Origin: Chloroflexota bacterium
GTDB lineage: Bacteria; Chloroflexota; UBA11872; VXOZ01
Assembly (NCBI GenBank): GCA_963662335.2
Contig: CAXXVD010000003.1
Coordinates: 492,675-556,674, forward strand
Direction: 5' to 3'
Length of the DNA: 64,000 nt
Of this stretch, positions 18,516 through 27,679 are shown one piece after another. A model generated the notes under the pieces. That model did not search any database. It was given only the letters and a program-made list of their open reading frames with translations, and had not been told where the DNA came from. The translations under genes and the position numbers were made by a program. Position 1 is the stretch's first letter. Every line of letters begins with the position of its first letter.

Positions 18516-18748
18516 CGCCCAACACCGTAGACCATAGACGGCAAAACGACCTCCGGTTCTCCGATCTCCTTGATCAGATAAGGGCCGCGCCCAAAACGCT
18601 GCACCGCTGCGCGCGCAGCATCTTCCAGGTTGCCGTACGTGCCAACAACCTTTTCGCCCTTGATTACGATGATCTTGCCCATGTGTTTTGACTCAAGCTC
18701 TGTACGCATCTCCTCAAAGACAGCGTACTCTTGCGCTAGCTCTTGCAT
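18512..18748 (-). CDS. small DUF5678-like protein, translationally coupled to the protease
   Basis: 78 aa from the ATG at 18748 (TTG at 18784 would give 90 aa). Pattern HMGKIIVIKGEKVVG..AA..FGRGPYLIKEIGE. Its stop overlaps the protease start (ATGA). Confidence 0.5.
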   Translation of the reverse strand: MQELAQEYAVFEEMRTELESKHMGKIIVIKGEKVVGTYGNLEDAARAAVQRFGRGPYLIKEIGEPEVVLPSMVYGVGR

Positions 18749-18820
18749 GGGACGGCGTCCTTTGGTCTTTTGACCTAAACCCAACTCAAGCCACCTACAT
18801 TCAGTATACGTTTGTCAGTT

Positions 18821-19018
18821 TCAAACGTACACCCCGCAAACCCATCGCATGAACCCATCCCACGGCATTTTCAACGCGCGCGAATGGCGCTCATGCGCCG
18901 CCGCGCCAATGTAGCGGTTGGTACGTTGTACTGTCAAGCAGTAGCGCTGAACGGCAAGCGCGCGCTTCACCAGTAACCGGAAAGCCTCGATGGTGTTCGT
19001 GTGCCTAGCACCGTCCAC
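18821..19018 (-). pseudogene. C-terminal remnant of an IS1595-family transposase
   Basis: HTNTIEAFRLLVKRAL..RYIGAAAHE matches the HxNTIEGFWS.LKR...RYL.EF.FR tail of IS1595 transposases. Only about 60 codons remain, with no DDE core. Confidence 0.5.
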
Positions 19019-19088
19019 ATATTGCTTGCTGTGGCTGATGCGTAGACGCCGCGTCTAGCCGGGGAGTCTTTCATAAGTGCGGTGGTGA

Positions 19089-20366
19089 TTACCAATACCG
19101 CATCGCGTCCGCGAACATGCGCGCCAGGTCGTCCGCCGTGGCCTGGCGTGGCGAGAGTTTCGTGACGCGGTGCTGCGGCAGCGTGCCTTCCACCAGCGCC
19201 GGTATGTCCGCGCTCGTGTAGCCCACGGCGCTCAGGCCGTTCGGAATCTGCAACTCTTGCATTATGGAAATCAGGCGGTCGGCCAGCACCTTGCCGGCGT
19301 CTCGCGGTTTCGTCCGGCTCACGTCCGCGCCCAGCAATCCGGCCGCGGTGATGTGGCGCGTCGGCCCGGCCGCGCCCGTGAAGCGGAAGACCGCCGGCGC
19401 GTTGAGAATGACGGCCATGCCGTGGGGCACGATTGGCTGCTCCCCGGCGTACCCGTGCGGGTGGTAGCCGCGCACCATGCCCGCCACCGGATAGGACATA
19501 CCGTGCGGCAGGTGCACGCCGGCGTTGCCAAAGCCGATACCGGCAAACGAGGCCGCCAGCAGCATCTTTTCCCGCGCTTCCCGGTCCTCGGGATCCGCCA
19601 TAGCCCGGGGCAAGAACTCCGCCACCATCGAGAGCGTCTCCCGCGCCCACAGGTCGCTCACCGGATTCGAGCCCTGGTACGCCGCCCGCAAGAGAGGCCG
19701 CGCCGGATAGGGCCGCGCGGTGTAGGCAATCGCGGTATAGGACTCCAGCGCGTGGCTCAGCACGTCGCAGCCGGTGCAGGCCACCGCCGTGGGCGAGAGG
19801 GTGGCGGTGTTCTCCGGGTCGATGATGCCCAGGGTAGGCTTCAGGTTGCGGTGGGCGATGCCGGTTTTCGCGTGCATCGCCACCAGGTCGAAGATGGCAG
19901 TGCCCGTGGTCTCGCTGCCGGTGCCGGCCGTAGTCGGAATCGCGATCAGCGGCTTGAGCGGCCCCGGCACCGGCAGCCCCTTGCCGATGGGGGCATTGAC
20001 ATAATCGAGGAAGTCGGCGGGATAGGTGGCGTAGAGATTGGCGGCTTTGGCGGTGTCGATGGTGGAACCGCCGCCCACCGCCACAAACGAATCTACCTCC
20101 TCCGCGACGGCAAACGCGATTGCTTCCTGAAACGAGGCGTCGGTGGGTTCGATCTGCACGCGGTCGAAGAGCGCGTAGGGCACCTTGGCCTCTTCCAGCG
20201 CCGCGCGCACCGTCGCGACCGGCGGCAACTCCCGCAGCACCGGATCGGTGACCACCATCACCCGCCGCGCGCCCCGGTCGACCAGGTCCAACCCCACCTC
20301 GCGGGTCACGCCCCAGCCGAAACGGATGCTGGACGCCGCCATTTCAAACGCTATGTCTTGCTCCAT
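19089..20366 (-). CDS. iron-containing alcohol dehydrogenase (hydroxyacid-oxoacid transhydrogenase-like)
   Basis: 425 aa. VAVGGGSTIDTAKAANLY and histidine-rich metal-site region. RBS GAGGAG. Confidence 0.85.
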   Translation of the reverse strand: MEQDIAFEMAASSIRFGWGVTREVGLDLVDRGARRVMVVTDPVLRELPPVATVRAALEEAKVPYALFDRVQIEPTDASFQEAIAFAVAEEVDSFVAVGGGSTIDTAKAANLYATYPADFLDYVNAPIGKGLPVPGPLKPLIAIPTTAGTGSETTGTAIFDLVAMHAKTGIAHRNLKPTLGIIDPENTATLSPTAVACTGCDVLSHALESYTAIAYTARPYPARPLLRAAYQGSNPVSDLWARETLSMVAEFLPRAMADPEDREAREKMLLAASFAGIGFGNAGVHLPHGMSYPVAGMVRGYHPHGYAGEQPIVPHGMAVILNAPAVFRFTGAAGPTRHITAAGLLGADVSRTKPRDAGKVLADRLISIMQELQIPNGLSAVGYTSADIPALVEGTLPQHRVTKLSPRQATADDLARMFADAMRYW

Positions 20367-20434
20367 GCCGCCAACTCCTCGCGCGCTACCGCCATGCTCC
20401 GCCGCCTATGCGTATGCTACATGCATAGTACCAA

Positions 20435-22924
20435 TTACAGCGCGCGCACCGCCTGTTCCAGCCTCTCGGTCGCTTCCAGGTAGTCGTCGCCGGGGGTAAA
20501 GACCAGCGGCTTGCCGAATTCCACGGTCACGTGGCCGCGCCAGGGGAATTTCGCGCCCTCGAAAATGCCCGGCCGCACCTGCCGCACCCGGATCGGCGCC
20601 ACCGGCGTGCGCGACTCCACCGCCACGAACCCGGTGCCGGGCTTGAATTCCTTGATCTCGCCGGGCGTGCGGTCGCCCTCGGGGAAGATGAGCACCGACC
20701 AGTCGCTATCCAGCAGGTTGCCCAGGTTTTCCAGGCTGCGCCGCACCGGGCCGTAGCGAGCGAACGGGAACGTGTTGCCCAACAGCGGGCTGAATATCCG
20801 CCACCACACCGACGAGAAGTAGTTATCCGCCGCCGCCGCCATAGCCAGCCGCCGGCGCGCCGAGGGCGAGAGGCCCAGCAGTATCATCCCGGCGTCCAGC
20901 CGCAGGTTGTGGTTCGAGGCGTAGAGCACCGGCCCGGCAAGGCCATCCAGATGCTCCGTGCCCTTAACCTCCACCCGGTAGAGCAGCCGGATGCCGGGAT
21001 TGACAATCAGGTAATAGAGAAGTGTGCGCGCGATGCGGCACCAGCCGGCCCGGCTCCACGCGGGAAACCGCTCGTCCTCGCTGGCGCTGCCCTGGGCCAG
21101 CAGCGCTTCCAAGTCGCCCACGGTCGTCTCCGGGTGCACCTGGGTCTCGTCGATGTAGACGCCGAGTTCCTGCTCGATTGCCGAGAGCAACTCGACCCGT
21201 CCCAGGGAATCCAGCCCGATGTCGGCCCCCAGGCTGCGCTCCGCGCTCACGTCCGCGGCGGACACCTCGCAGATGCGCACGATAAGCTGCTCCAGCGGCG
21301 TCAGCGCCTCTTTCGCCTCCGCAACCGGAACTGCCGTCGGTTCCGCTTCACCCTGCGCGTCCGCGACGAGTTGCTCCAACACGATGTTCTTCTTCACCTT
21401 GAGCGTATGGGTGCGGGGAAAGTCCTCGTCCGGCCACGTGCTGAAGCCCCGAATCTGCTGGTGGGCGGCCAACTGGGGGTTGACTGCCGCCACCACCGCG
21501 CCGGGGTCTCCGCCCTCGTCGCCGTCGCTGGGAATGAGCACGGCGTACACGTCCTCGCCGCCGCTCGCGCTCGGCATCCCCACCACCACCGCGTCCGTCA
21601 CCGCCGGGTGGCTCTGCAGCAGCGGCTCGATGTCCTCCGGATAGACGTTCTGGCCGTTGGCCAGCACGATCAGGTCTTTCTTCCGTCCCTTGAAGTAGAT
21701 GAAGCCGTCCTCGTCGATGTGGCCCAGGTCGCCGGTCTTGTACCACTCGCCGTCGAACGACGACGCCGTGATTTCCGGCGCGTTCCAGTAGCCCTGCGTC
21801 ACGTTGGGGCCGCGGGTGTGGATTTCGCCGTCCTCCGCGATGCGCACGTCCTGTCCCGGCAGCGCCTTGCCCAGGGCGTCCAGTTTCTTGGCTTGAAAGC
21901 TGTTGCAGGCCACAATCGGCGCGGCCTCGGTGGTGCCGTAGCCCTGGAGCACCATAATGCCCAGCGCCTCCCACTTTTCGGCCAGGGGCGGGTCCAGGCG
22001 CGCGCCGCCGCACATCACGAACTCCAATTTGCCGCCGAAACGCTTGTGCACTTTGGCGAATAGCTTCTTACGCAGCCACACCGGCAGGCGCGGCGCGGCG
22101 CCCATGATCTTCTCTAACTGCTCCTTCTTGCCGGTGCGTTCGGCCTCCCGCTCGATGGCGTTCATGAAGAGTTCCAGCGCCTGGGGCACCAGCACGATGC
22201 TGGTGATGCCGTTCTCCTGCATGGTGCGCACCAGAATGCTCGGCTGGCGGCTGACGGGATAGACCACCTGGCCGCCGCCGTAGAGGACCGCAATGAGGCC
22301 CACCGTCTGCTCCAGCATGTGGCTGAGCGGCAGGAGCGAGAGCAAACGCCAGTGGGGCAAAGGCGTCACCACCTGGCACGCGGCCACCACGTTGGACATG
22401 ATATTGCCGTGGGTGAGGATCACCCCTTTGGGCGCGCCGGTGGTGCCGGAGGTGAACATGATCTCCGCGATGTCGTCCGCCGCCACCGCAACCTGCGGCG
22501 GCGTCTCGCGGCCTTCGTCCCGCAGCAACGTTTCCAGGTCTTCGATGTTCAGATGCGGCAGCGCGTCGACTTCCGCGTTTTCCGGCGTGAACTGGGAGAT
22601 GAAGGCGAACTTGGGGTCGGTCTGCCCGAGCACGCCGGCCACGAATTCCGGCGCGCTGCGGATGTCGAACGGCACGGCGATCGCGCCCAACCGCAGGCAG
22701 CCGAAGAGCGCCACCACCCACTCCGGCCGGTTCGGCGCCCAGATCACCACCCGGTCGCCCTTCTCGATGCCCCGGCCGTTGAGATACGCCGCGACCCGGC
22801 CGGCGGCTTCCCATAACTCGCGGTAACTCCAGCGGCGCACGCGGATGCCCGGCTTGATGCTCAGCGCGGTAGCATCGCCAAAACGGCCGGCGGCGGTCTC
22901 CAGGAGGTCGTTCAGCGTCTGCAT
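20435..22924 (-). CDS. tri-domain acyl-AMP ligase / carrier (PP-binding) / lysophospholipid acyltransferase (PlsC-like) fusion
   Basis: 829 aa. FTSGTTGAPKGV, GYGTTE, TGDLG..KGRKKD (adenylation), then GLDSLGRVEL (phosphopantetheine Ser), then NHNLRLD (HX4D) and IFPEGDRT (acyltransferase). Confidence 0.85.
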   Translation of the reverse strand: MQTLNDLLETAAGRFGDATALSIKPGIRVRRWSYRELWEAAGRVAAYLNGRGIEKGDRVVIWAPNRPEWVVALFGCLRLGAIAVPFDIRSAPEFVAGVLGQTDPKFAFISQFTPENAEVDALPHLNIEDLETLLRDEGRETPPQVAVAADDIAEIMFTSGTTGAPKGVILTHGNIMSNVVAACQVVTPLPHWRLLSLLPLSHMLEQTVGLIAVLYGGGQVVYPVSRQPSILVRTMQENGITSIVLVPQALELFMNAIEREAERTGKKEQLEKIMGAAPRLPVWLRKKLFAKVHKRFGGKLEFVMCGGARLDPPLAEKWEALGIMVLQGYGTTEAAPIVACNSFQAKKLDALGKALPGQDVRIAEDGEIHTRGPNVTQGYWNAPEITASSFDGEWYKTGDLGHIDEDGFIYFKGRKKDLIVLANGQNVYPEDIEPLLQSHPAVTDAVVVGMPSASGGEDVYAVLIPSDGDEGGDPGAVVAAVNPQLAAHQQIRGFSTWPDEDFPRTHTLKVKKNIVLEQLVADAQGEAEPTAVPVAEAKEALTPLEQLIVRICEVSAADVSAERSLGADIGLDSLGRVELLSAIEQELGVYIDETQVHPETTVGDLEALLAQGSASEDERFPAWSRAGWCRIARTLLYYLIVNPGIRLLYRVEVKGTEHLDGLAGPVLYASNHNLRLDAGMILLGLSPSARRRLAMAAAADNYFSSVWWRIFSPLLGNTFPFARYGPVRRSLENLGNLLDSDWSVLIFPEGDRTPGEIKEFKPGTGFVAVESRTPVAPIRVRQVRPGIFEGAKFPWRGHVTVEFGKPLVFTPGDDYLEATERLEQAVRAL

Positions 22925-23120
22925 GCGGCTCTCCTTGCGTCTTTACTGGAAGCAATTCATGCACATTGTACGGTGCATTATACGCGCCGCTTCGGTTTAT
23001 GAAAACCGCGCGCGCTGTGGTACGGTGAAGAGGGAAGCCATACGCGAGCGCCGATTGACCTAGCGGACTCGCGGGCGTCGCGGTTGGCTCAGCCCCATCT
23101 GCAAGGAGCGCAATCAATCG

Positions 23121-23837
23121 GTGCCGGACATCCGATTCTTCGAGCCAATCGCCATCGCGCCCGGCGTGAATCAAGTGCACGTGCTGGGCGCCCGCGTCAC
23201 CGTGCTGGAGACGGCTGACGGCGTGGTGCTGGTAGACGCCGGCAGCCGGGGCAGCCTGCCGTTCATAAAGCTGGGATTGGGCGCGCTCGACATCGCCCTG
23301 GAGCAGGTGCGGCTCATCGCGCTGACGCACAGCCATCCCGATCACGCCGGCGGTCTGGCGGAACTGGTGGAGGCCACTTCCGCGCCGGTGGCCGTGCACC
23401 AGAGCGAAGCCGGCATCGTGCGCGGCGACGACCCGCCGCCCAGCCCGCTCCGCCGCGAGGCGCTGCCGCAGGTGCAGCCGGTCTTCTCCGTGTTCAGCGG
23501 CCCGCCGGTGGACGTGCGCTACCCGCTGGAAGACGGCGATTGCCTGCCCGTGGCCGCGGGCGTGCGCGTCATCCACACGCCGGGCCACACCCAGGGGAGC
23601 ATCTGTCTGTACGTGGAACCGGCTCAGGCGCTCATCGTCGGCGACGCGCTGCAATTTCGCTTCGGCAAGCTGCTCGGACCTTCGTGGCTCTTTACGCGCG
23701 ACCCGGAACTGGCGCGCGCGTCCTTGGCCAAACTGCTGGACGTGGACTTCCGCACCCTCTGCTTCAGCCACTTCCCGCCGATCAAGGAAGACGCGCGCGC
23801 GATGCTCGCCGGCTACCTGCAAGGCGTGGAAGCCTGA
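23121..23837 (+). CDS. MBL-fold metallo-hydrolase
   Basis: 238 aa with GTG start. LTHSHPDHAGG (HxHxDH) and HTPGHT motifs. Confidence 0.8.
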   Translation: MPDIRFFEPIAIAPGVNQVHVLGARVTVLETADGVVLVDAGSRGSLPFIKLGLGALDIALEQVRLIALTHSHPDHAGGLAELVEATSAPVAVHQSEAGIVRGDDPPPSPLRREALPQVQPVFSVFSGPPVDVRYPLEDGDCLPVAAGVRVIHTPGHTQGSICLYVEPAQALIVGDALQFRFGKLLGPSWLFTRDPELARASLAKLLDVDFRTLCFSHFPPIKEDARAMLAGYLQGVEA

Positions 23838-23879
23838 CGCCGCCCGCTTAGCGGCGGCGCCGGCCTGCAACCGGCCTCC

Positions 23880-23906
23880 CCGGTAGCGCAGGTTGCAAAC
23901 CTGCGC
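23880..23906. repeat. D-family repeat CCGGTAGCGCAGGTTGCAAACCTGCGC
   Basis: Same core as 7578-7598 and the D halves of the composite elements. Lies between the MBL gene and argJ. Confidence 0.7.
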
Positions 23907-24018
23907 CCTCTCCCGCCTCTCGCCCCAACGCGGGCATGAAGTTTGGCGAGAGACATTGTACAGTAGTGGTGAGCGGACGACTGGCACGCGCGCACATCAG
24001 CAAAGAGGTAGCGGAGAC

Positions 24019-25242
24019 ATGGCGGAAGAACTCGCGGCAGGACTGAGCGCGGGCGGCGCGACGCGGCCCGCCGGCTTTCTGGCGGACGGCGTATTTTGCG
24101 GCATCAAGGAACATGACCCGGCCGGCGAAAAACGCGACGTGGGCTGTCTGGTATCGGAACGTCCCGCCACCGTGGCCGGCGTCTTCACGAAGAACGTGGT
24201 GAAGGCCGCGCCGGTGCTGCTCGACCAGGAGCGCGTGCGGCGGGGCGCGACCCGCGGCATCGTCTACTGCAGCGGCAACGCCAACGCCTGCACGGGCGAC
24301 CAGGGCATGGCCAACGCCCGGGAAATGGCGGCGCAATTGGCGGCGCAGGTCGGCGTGGCCGCCGAGGACATCCTGGTCTGCTCCACCGGCATTATCGGCC
24401 ATCAACTGCCCATGGAGACAGTCCGGGAAGGGATCAGCCGCCTCGCGCCCGCGAAAGACCGCCACCGCGACGCCGCTACCGCCATGCTCACCACCGACGC
24501 CTGGCCCAAGGAAGCCGCGGCCGAGTTCCAGGCCAACGGCGTCACCTACGCGGTCGGCGGCATGGCCAAGGGCGCGGCCATGATCCATCCCAACATGGCC
24601 ACCATGCTCGTCTACCTCACCACCGACGCGCCGGTTGGCAATGCCTTCCTGGACTCCGCGCTGCGGCGGGCGGTGGCTGATTCCTTCCACGTAATCAGCG
24701 TGGACGGCGATACGTCCACCAACGATACGGTGTTGGTTCTTGCCAACGGCGCGGCCGGCGGACCGGAAATTAACGGGGGCGCGGCTGGTGACGCTTTCGA
24801 GGACGCGCTGCGGGCGGTGGCCGTCTTCCTGGCCAAGGAGATCGTGCGCAACGCGGAAGGCGCCACCAAGATCTTCGGCGTGGAGGTGCGCGGCGCGCCC
24901 ACGGCGGACGCGGCCCGCGTCATCGGCCGCGCCGTTGCCAGTTCCAGCCTGGTAAAGACCGCCTTCCTCGGCTCAGACCCCAATTGGGGACGCATCATGT
25001 GCGCGGCCGGCTACAGCGGCGTGGACTTCGATCCCGACAAGGCCTCGCTCTGGCTGGAAGATATTCTGCTCTTCCGCAACGGGACGCCTACTGAATTTGA
25101 CGAGGACGCCGCCTCGGCCCTGCTGGACCGCAAGGAGACGATGTTCATCCTGGACCTGGCCGCCGGCGACGCCACCGCCACCGCCTGGGGCTGCGACCTG
25201 ACCACGGAGTACGTCATCTTCAACAGCGACTACCGCACATAA
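24019..25242 (+). CDS. argJ: bifunctional ornithine acetyltransferase / N-acetylglutamate synthase
   Basis: MAKGAAMIHPNMATMLVYLTTDA (autocleavage ATML site). 407 aa from the ATG at 24019. Confidence 0.9.
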   Translation: MAEELAAGLSAGGATRPAGFLADGVFCGIKEHDPAGEKRDVGCLVSERPATVAGVFTKNVVKAAPVLLDQERVRRGATRGIVYCSGNANACTGDQGMANAREMAAQLAAQVGVAAEDILVCSTGIIGHQLPMETVREGISRLAPAKDRHRDAATAMLTTDAWPKEAAAEFQANGVTYAVGGMAKGAAMIHPNMATMLVYLTTDAPVGNAFLDSALRRAVADSFHVISVDGDTSTNDTVLVLANGAAGGPEINGGAAGDAFEDALRAVAVFLAKEIVRNAEGATKIFGVEVRGAPTADAARVIGRAVASSSLVKTAFLGSDPNWGRIMCAAGYSGVDFDPDKASLWLEDILLFRNGTPTEFDEDAASALLDRKETMFILDLAAGDATATAWGCDLTTEYVIFNSDYRT

Positions 25243-25275
25243 GAGGCCAAACTGCCTCAAGGGAGAGCGGGCGGC

Positions 25276-26046
25276 ATGACAGGTGAAGCCACACAAAACC
25301 CAATCCCGTTTGAGCCGGTAGTAACCGGCCACGTGACGCAGGCCCGGCGCGTTGGCAGAGGCCCGGCCATCTGGCTGGCGGGCGATCCCGCGGACCTCGC
25401 GCCCTGGATGGAGCGCGGCGCCGCCGGCATCGTCACCAACACCGTCGTCCTCAACGAGATGGTGAAGAAATACGGGCAGATAGCAGACGTCGTGCAGCGC
25501 TACCTGGACATCACCGACAAGCCCGTGGTCGTCGAAGTGGACGGCCACTCCACGGCGGAGTTGCTCGACGTGAGTCGCCGCTTTACCGGCATGTCCGACC
25601 AGATCATCATCAAGATTCCCTGCACCGTGCATGCGCTGGCGGCCTTTCGCTGTTTGGCGGAAGAGGGCGTCGAGACTTTCTGCACCACCGTCTTCTCGCT
25701 GCCCCAGGCGGCGGCCGTGGCCCAGGCGGGCGCGACCCACGTCCTGCCCTTCTGCGAGCCGGTGAAGCAGATGGGCGGCGACCCCACCAAGCTCGTGCGC
25801 GAGTGCGTGCGCATGTTCGCCGGCTGGGAGCACCGCCCCTACGTCACCGCCGCCCTCGTCAGGAGCGTTGACACTGCCTACGCCGCTCTGCGCGACGGCG
25901 CCGACGGCATCATCATCTTCTGGCCCATTTTCCAGGAGATGCTGGCGCACCCGCTCACCGACACGTGGAACGAGACTTTCCTGGCCGAATGGGAGGCCAT
26001 GCGCGACGCCGGCCGGCTGGCAGGCGTGCCGGTGAAAGACGGTTAG
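25276..26046 (+). CDS. transaldolase-family protein (short TalC/FSA-like type)
   Basis: GIVTNT..., IIIKIPCT (Schiff-base Lys context), TTVFSLPQA pattern. Confidence 0.7.
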   Translation: MTGEATQNPIPFEPVVTGHVTQARRVGRGPAIWLAGDPADLAPWMERGAAGIVTNTVVLNEMVKKYGQIADVVQRYLDITDKPVVVEVDGHSTAELLDVSRRFTGMSDQIIIKIPCTVHALAAFRCLAEEGVETFCTTVFSLPQAAAVAQAGATHVLPFCEPVKQMGGDPTKLVRECVRMFAGWEHRPYVTAALVRSVDTAYAALRDGADGIIIFWPIFQEMLAHPLTDTWNETFLAEWEAMRDAGRLAGVPVKDG

Positions 26047-26429
26047 CCGCCTGACGCTCTTCTCTGCGCGAGCGCACCCTGGATGAGCGCCCGCACCGCC
26101 GGCTTTTGGGCGTCAGCCAGCGAACGGATCTTCACGTGGCGCATCTTGGCACCGGATCCTTCCAGCAAATTGTCCGGGTCGCTCAGGTCCGCGCCCTGGT
26201 AGAAGCCGAGGTTGATCCACGACGTGTGGGGCAGAATGTAGGCGTAGCCGTCCTTCATCTTGCGCGGCCCCACGCCGTAGGTGGCGGCGCGATCGCCGAG
26301 ACGCACCACCTCGCACGCCTGCGGGTCAACCTCGAGAATTACCTTCCGCAAAGCCGCGGCGATAGGGCGCAAAGGCTCTGACGTCATCCGCAGCAAGTCG
26401 TCGAATGTGCCAATCTTAGCCGCTGCCAT
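26043..26429 (-). CDS. DUF1801 (YdhG-like) domain protein
   Basis: 128 aa. ..LRKVILEVDP...VGPRKMKDGYAYILPHTSWINLGFY.G pattern. RBS GGGAGA. Confidence 0.65.
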   Translation of the reverse strand: MAAAKIGTFDDLLRMTSEPLRPIAAALRKVILEVDPQACEVVRLGDRAATYGVGPRKMKDGYAYILPHTSWINLGFYQGADLSDPDNLLEGSGAKMRHVKIRSLADAQKPAVRALIQGALAQRRASGG

Positions 26430-26531
26430 GCGTGATTCTCCCGTTGGAGACCGGAACTGGACGGCAGTGTATCATAGAGTTGACGCGGCCTGACGTGCGG
26501 CGCACTCCTTTCAGCAGACAGCGCATTCGCA

Positions 26532-27383
26532 ATGCCCGGCATCGACCTTCACCTCCACACCACCGCATCCGACGGCGCGTTTGCGCCCGTCGCGCTCGCG
26601 CGCATGGCGCATGAGGCCGGGCTGGACTGCATCGCCATTACCGACCACGACAGCACCGGCGGCGTGGCAGCGGCCCAGAAAGCCGGGCGCGAGTGCGGCG
26701 TGCGCGTGATCGCCGGCATCGAGTTCAACACCCTATGGCACGGCCAGTCGGTGCACGTGCTTGGCTATTTCGTGGACACGGCGCACCCGGAGTTGCAGAC
26801 GGTTGTCGCGCGGCAGCGGGACGGCCGCCTCTACCGCGCGCAGCGGATGGTGGAAAAACTGGCGGCGCTGAACATGCCGCTTGACTGGCAGGAGATTCTG
26901 CGGGACGCCGGCGGCGGCGCGGTGGGACGCCCCCATATTGCCAAGGCCATGCTTGCCCGGGGCTACGTGCGCGACTCCAACGAGGCCTTCGACCGCTTCC
27001 TCGGCCACGGCATGCCCGCCTACGTGGAGCAGCCCAAGCTCACGCCGGTTGAAGCCGTAACGTTGCTGCACCGCGCCGGGGCCGCGGCCGGCCTGGCGCA
27101 CCCGTACAACGTGGAAGGCGCCGACCAGGTAGACCTGGACACCCTCGTGCCTGAACTCGCCGCGGCCGGCCTGGACGCCATCGAAACGTACTACACCGGC
27201 TACTCGGCAGCGCAGCGAGAGGCCATCCTGGCGCTGGCAGCGCGTTTCGATCTGATCCCCACCGGCGGCAGCGACTTCCACGGCGGCGGCATCCTGCCCC
27301 AGGCCGAACTGGGCGCAATCCACGTGCCGCCGGCATCCCTCGCGCGTTTGGAAGCGGCCGCCCGGCAACGCGCGGCGCGGTAG
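26532..27383 (+). CDS. PHP-domain phosphoesterase
   Basis: IDLHLHTTASDG N-terminal motif, ITDHDS, GGSDFHG. Confidence 0.8.
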   Translation: MPGIDLHLHTTASDGAFAPVALARMAHEAGLDCIAITDHDSTGGVAAAQKAGRECGVRVIAGIEFNTLWHGQSVHVLGYFVDTAHPELQTVVARQRDGRLYRAQRMVEKLAALNMPLDWQEILRDAGGGAVGRPHIAKAMLARGYVRDSNEAFDRFLGHGMPAYVEQPKLTPVEAVTLLHRAGAAAGLAHPYNVEGADQVDLDTLVPELAAAGLDAIETYYTGYSAAQREAILALAARFDLIPTGGSDFHGGGILPQAELGAIHVPPASLARLEAAARQRAAR

Positions 27384-27399
27384 CGCGTTACCGCCGCGC

Positions 27400-27598
27400 C
27401 CGGTGCGGCAGGCTTGCCGCGTTTGCGTGTCCCAGAGCCTGATTGAAAAGTAGAGGCAGGGAGCCAATTGTGCCAGCCGGCTCGTGTTGGCGCCGTCAGC
27501 CACTGACAACCAGTGCGCACCACGTACACGACGGCGTTCACCACCGCTCTCATGTCCCGTTCCGGCGGGCATCCCGGCCCCTTCCGACCAGGGAACAA
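27400..27598 (-). pseudogene. N-terminal remnant of an IS5-type transposase
   Basis: RAVVNAVVYVVRTGCQW matches the ..LNAI.YVLRTGCQWR.LP motif (DUF4096-type N-terminus). No DDE domain follows. Confidence 0.45.
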
Positions 27599-27679
27599 CT
27601 AACGAATGATGGGGCAACGTGACCGCAAGTTTGCTGCTCGGCCAAGAATGCGCGCTGCGCCAGGAAAGCAAGCAAACAG

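Noticed and set aside
22068-23987. 639-aa minus-strand ORF spanning the acyl-ligase 5' region and the MBL gene
   Set aside because: It is out of frame or antisense relative to two genes with clear motifs, and its composition is an artefact.
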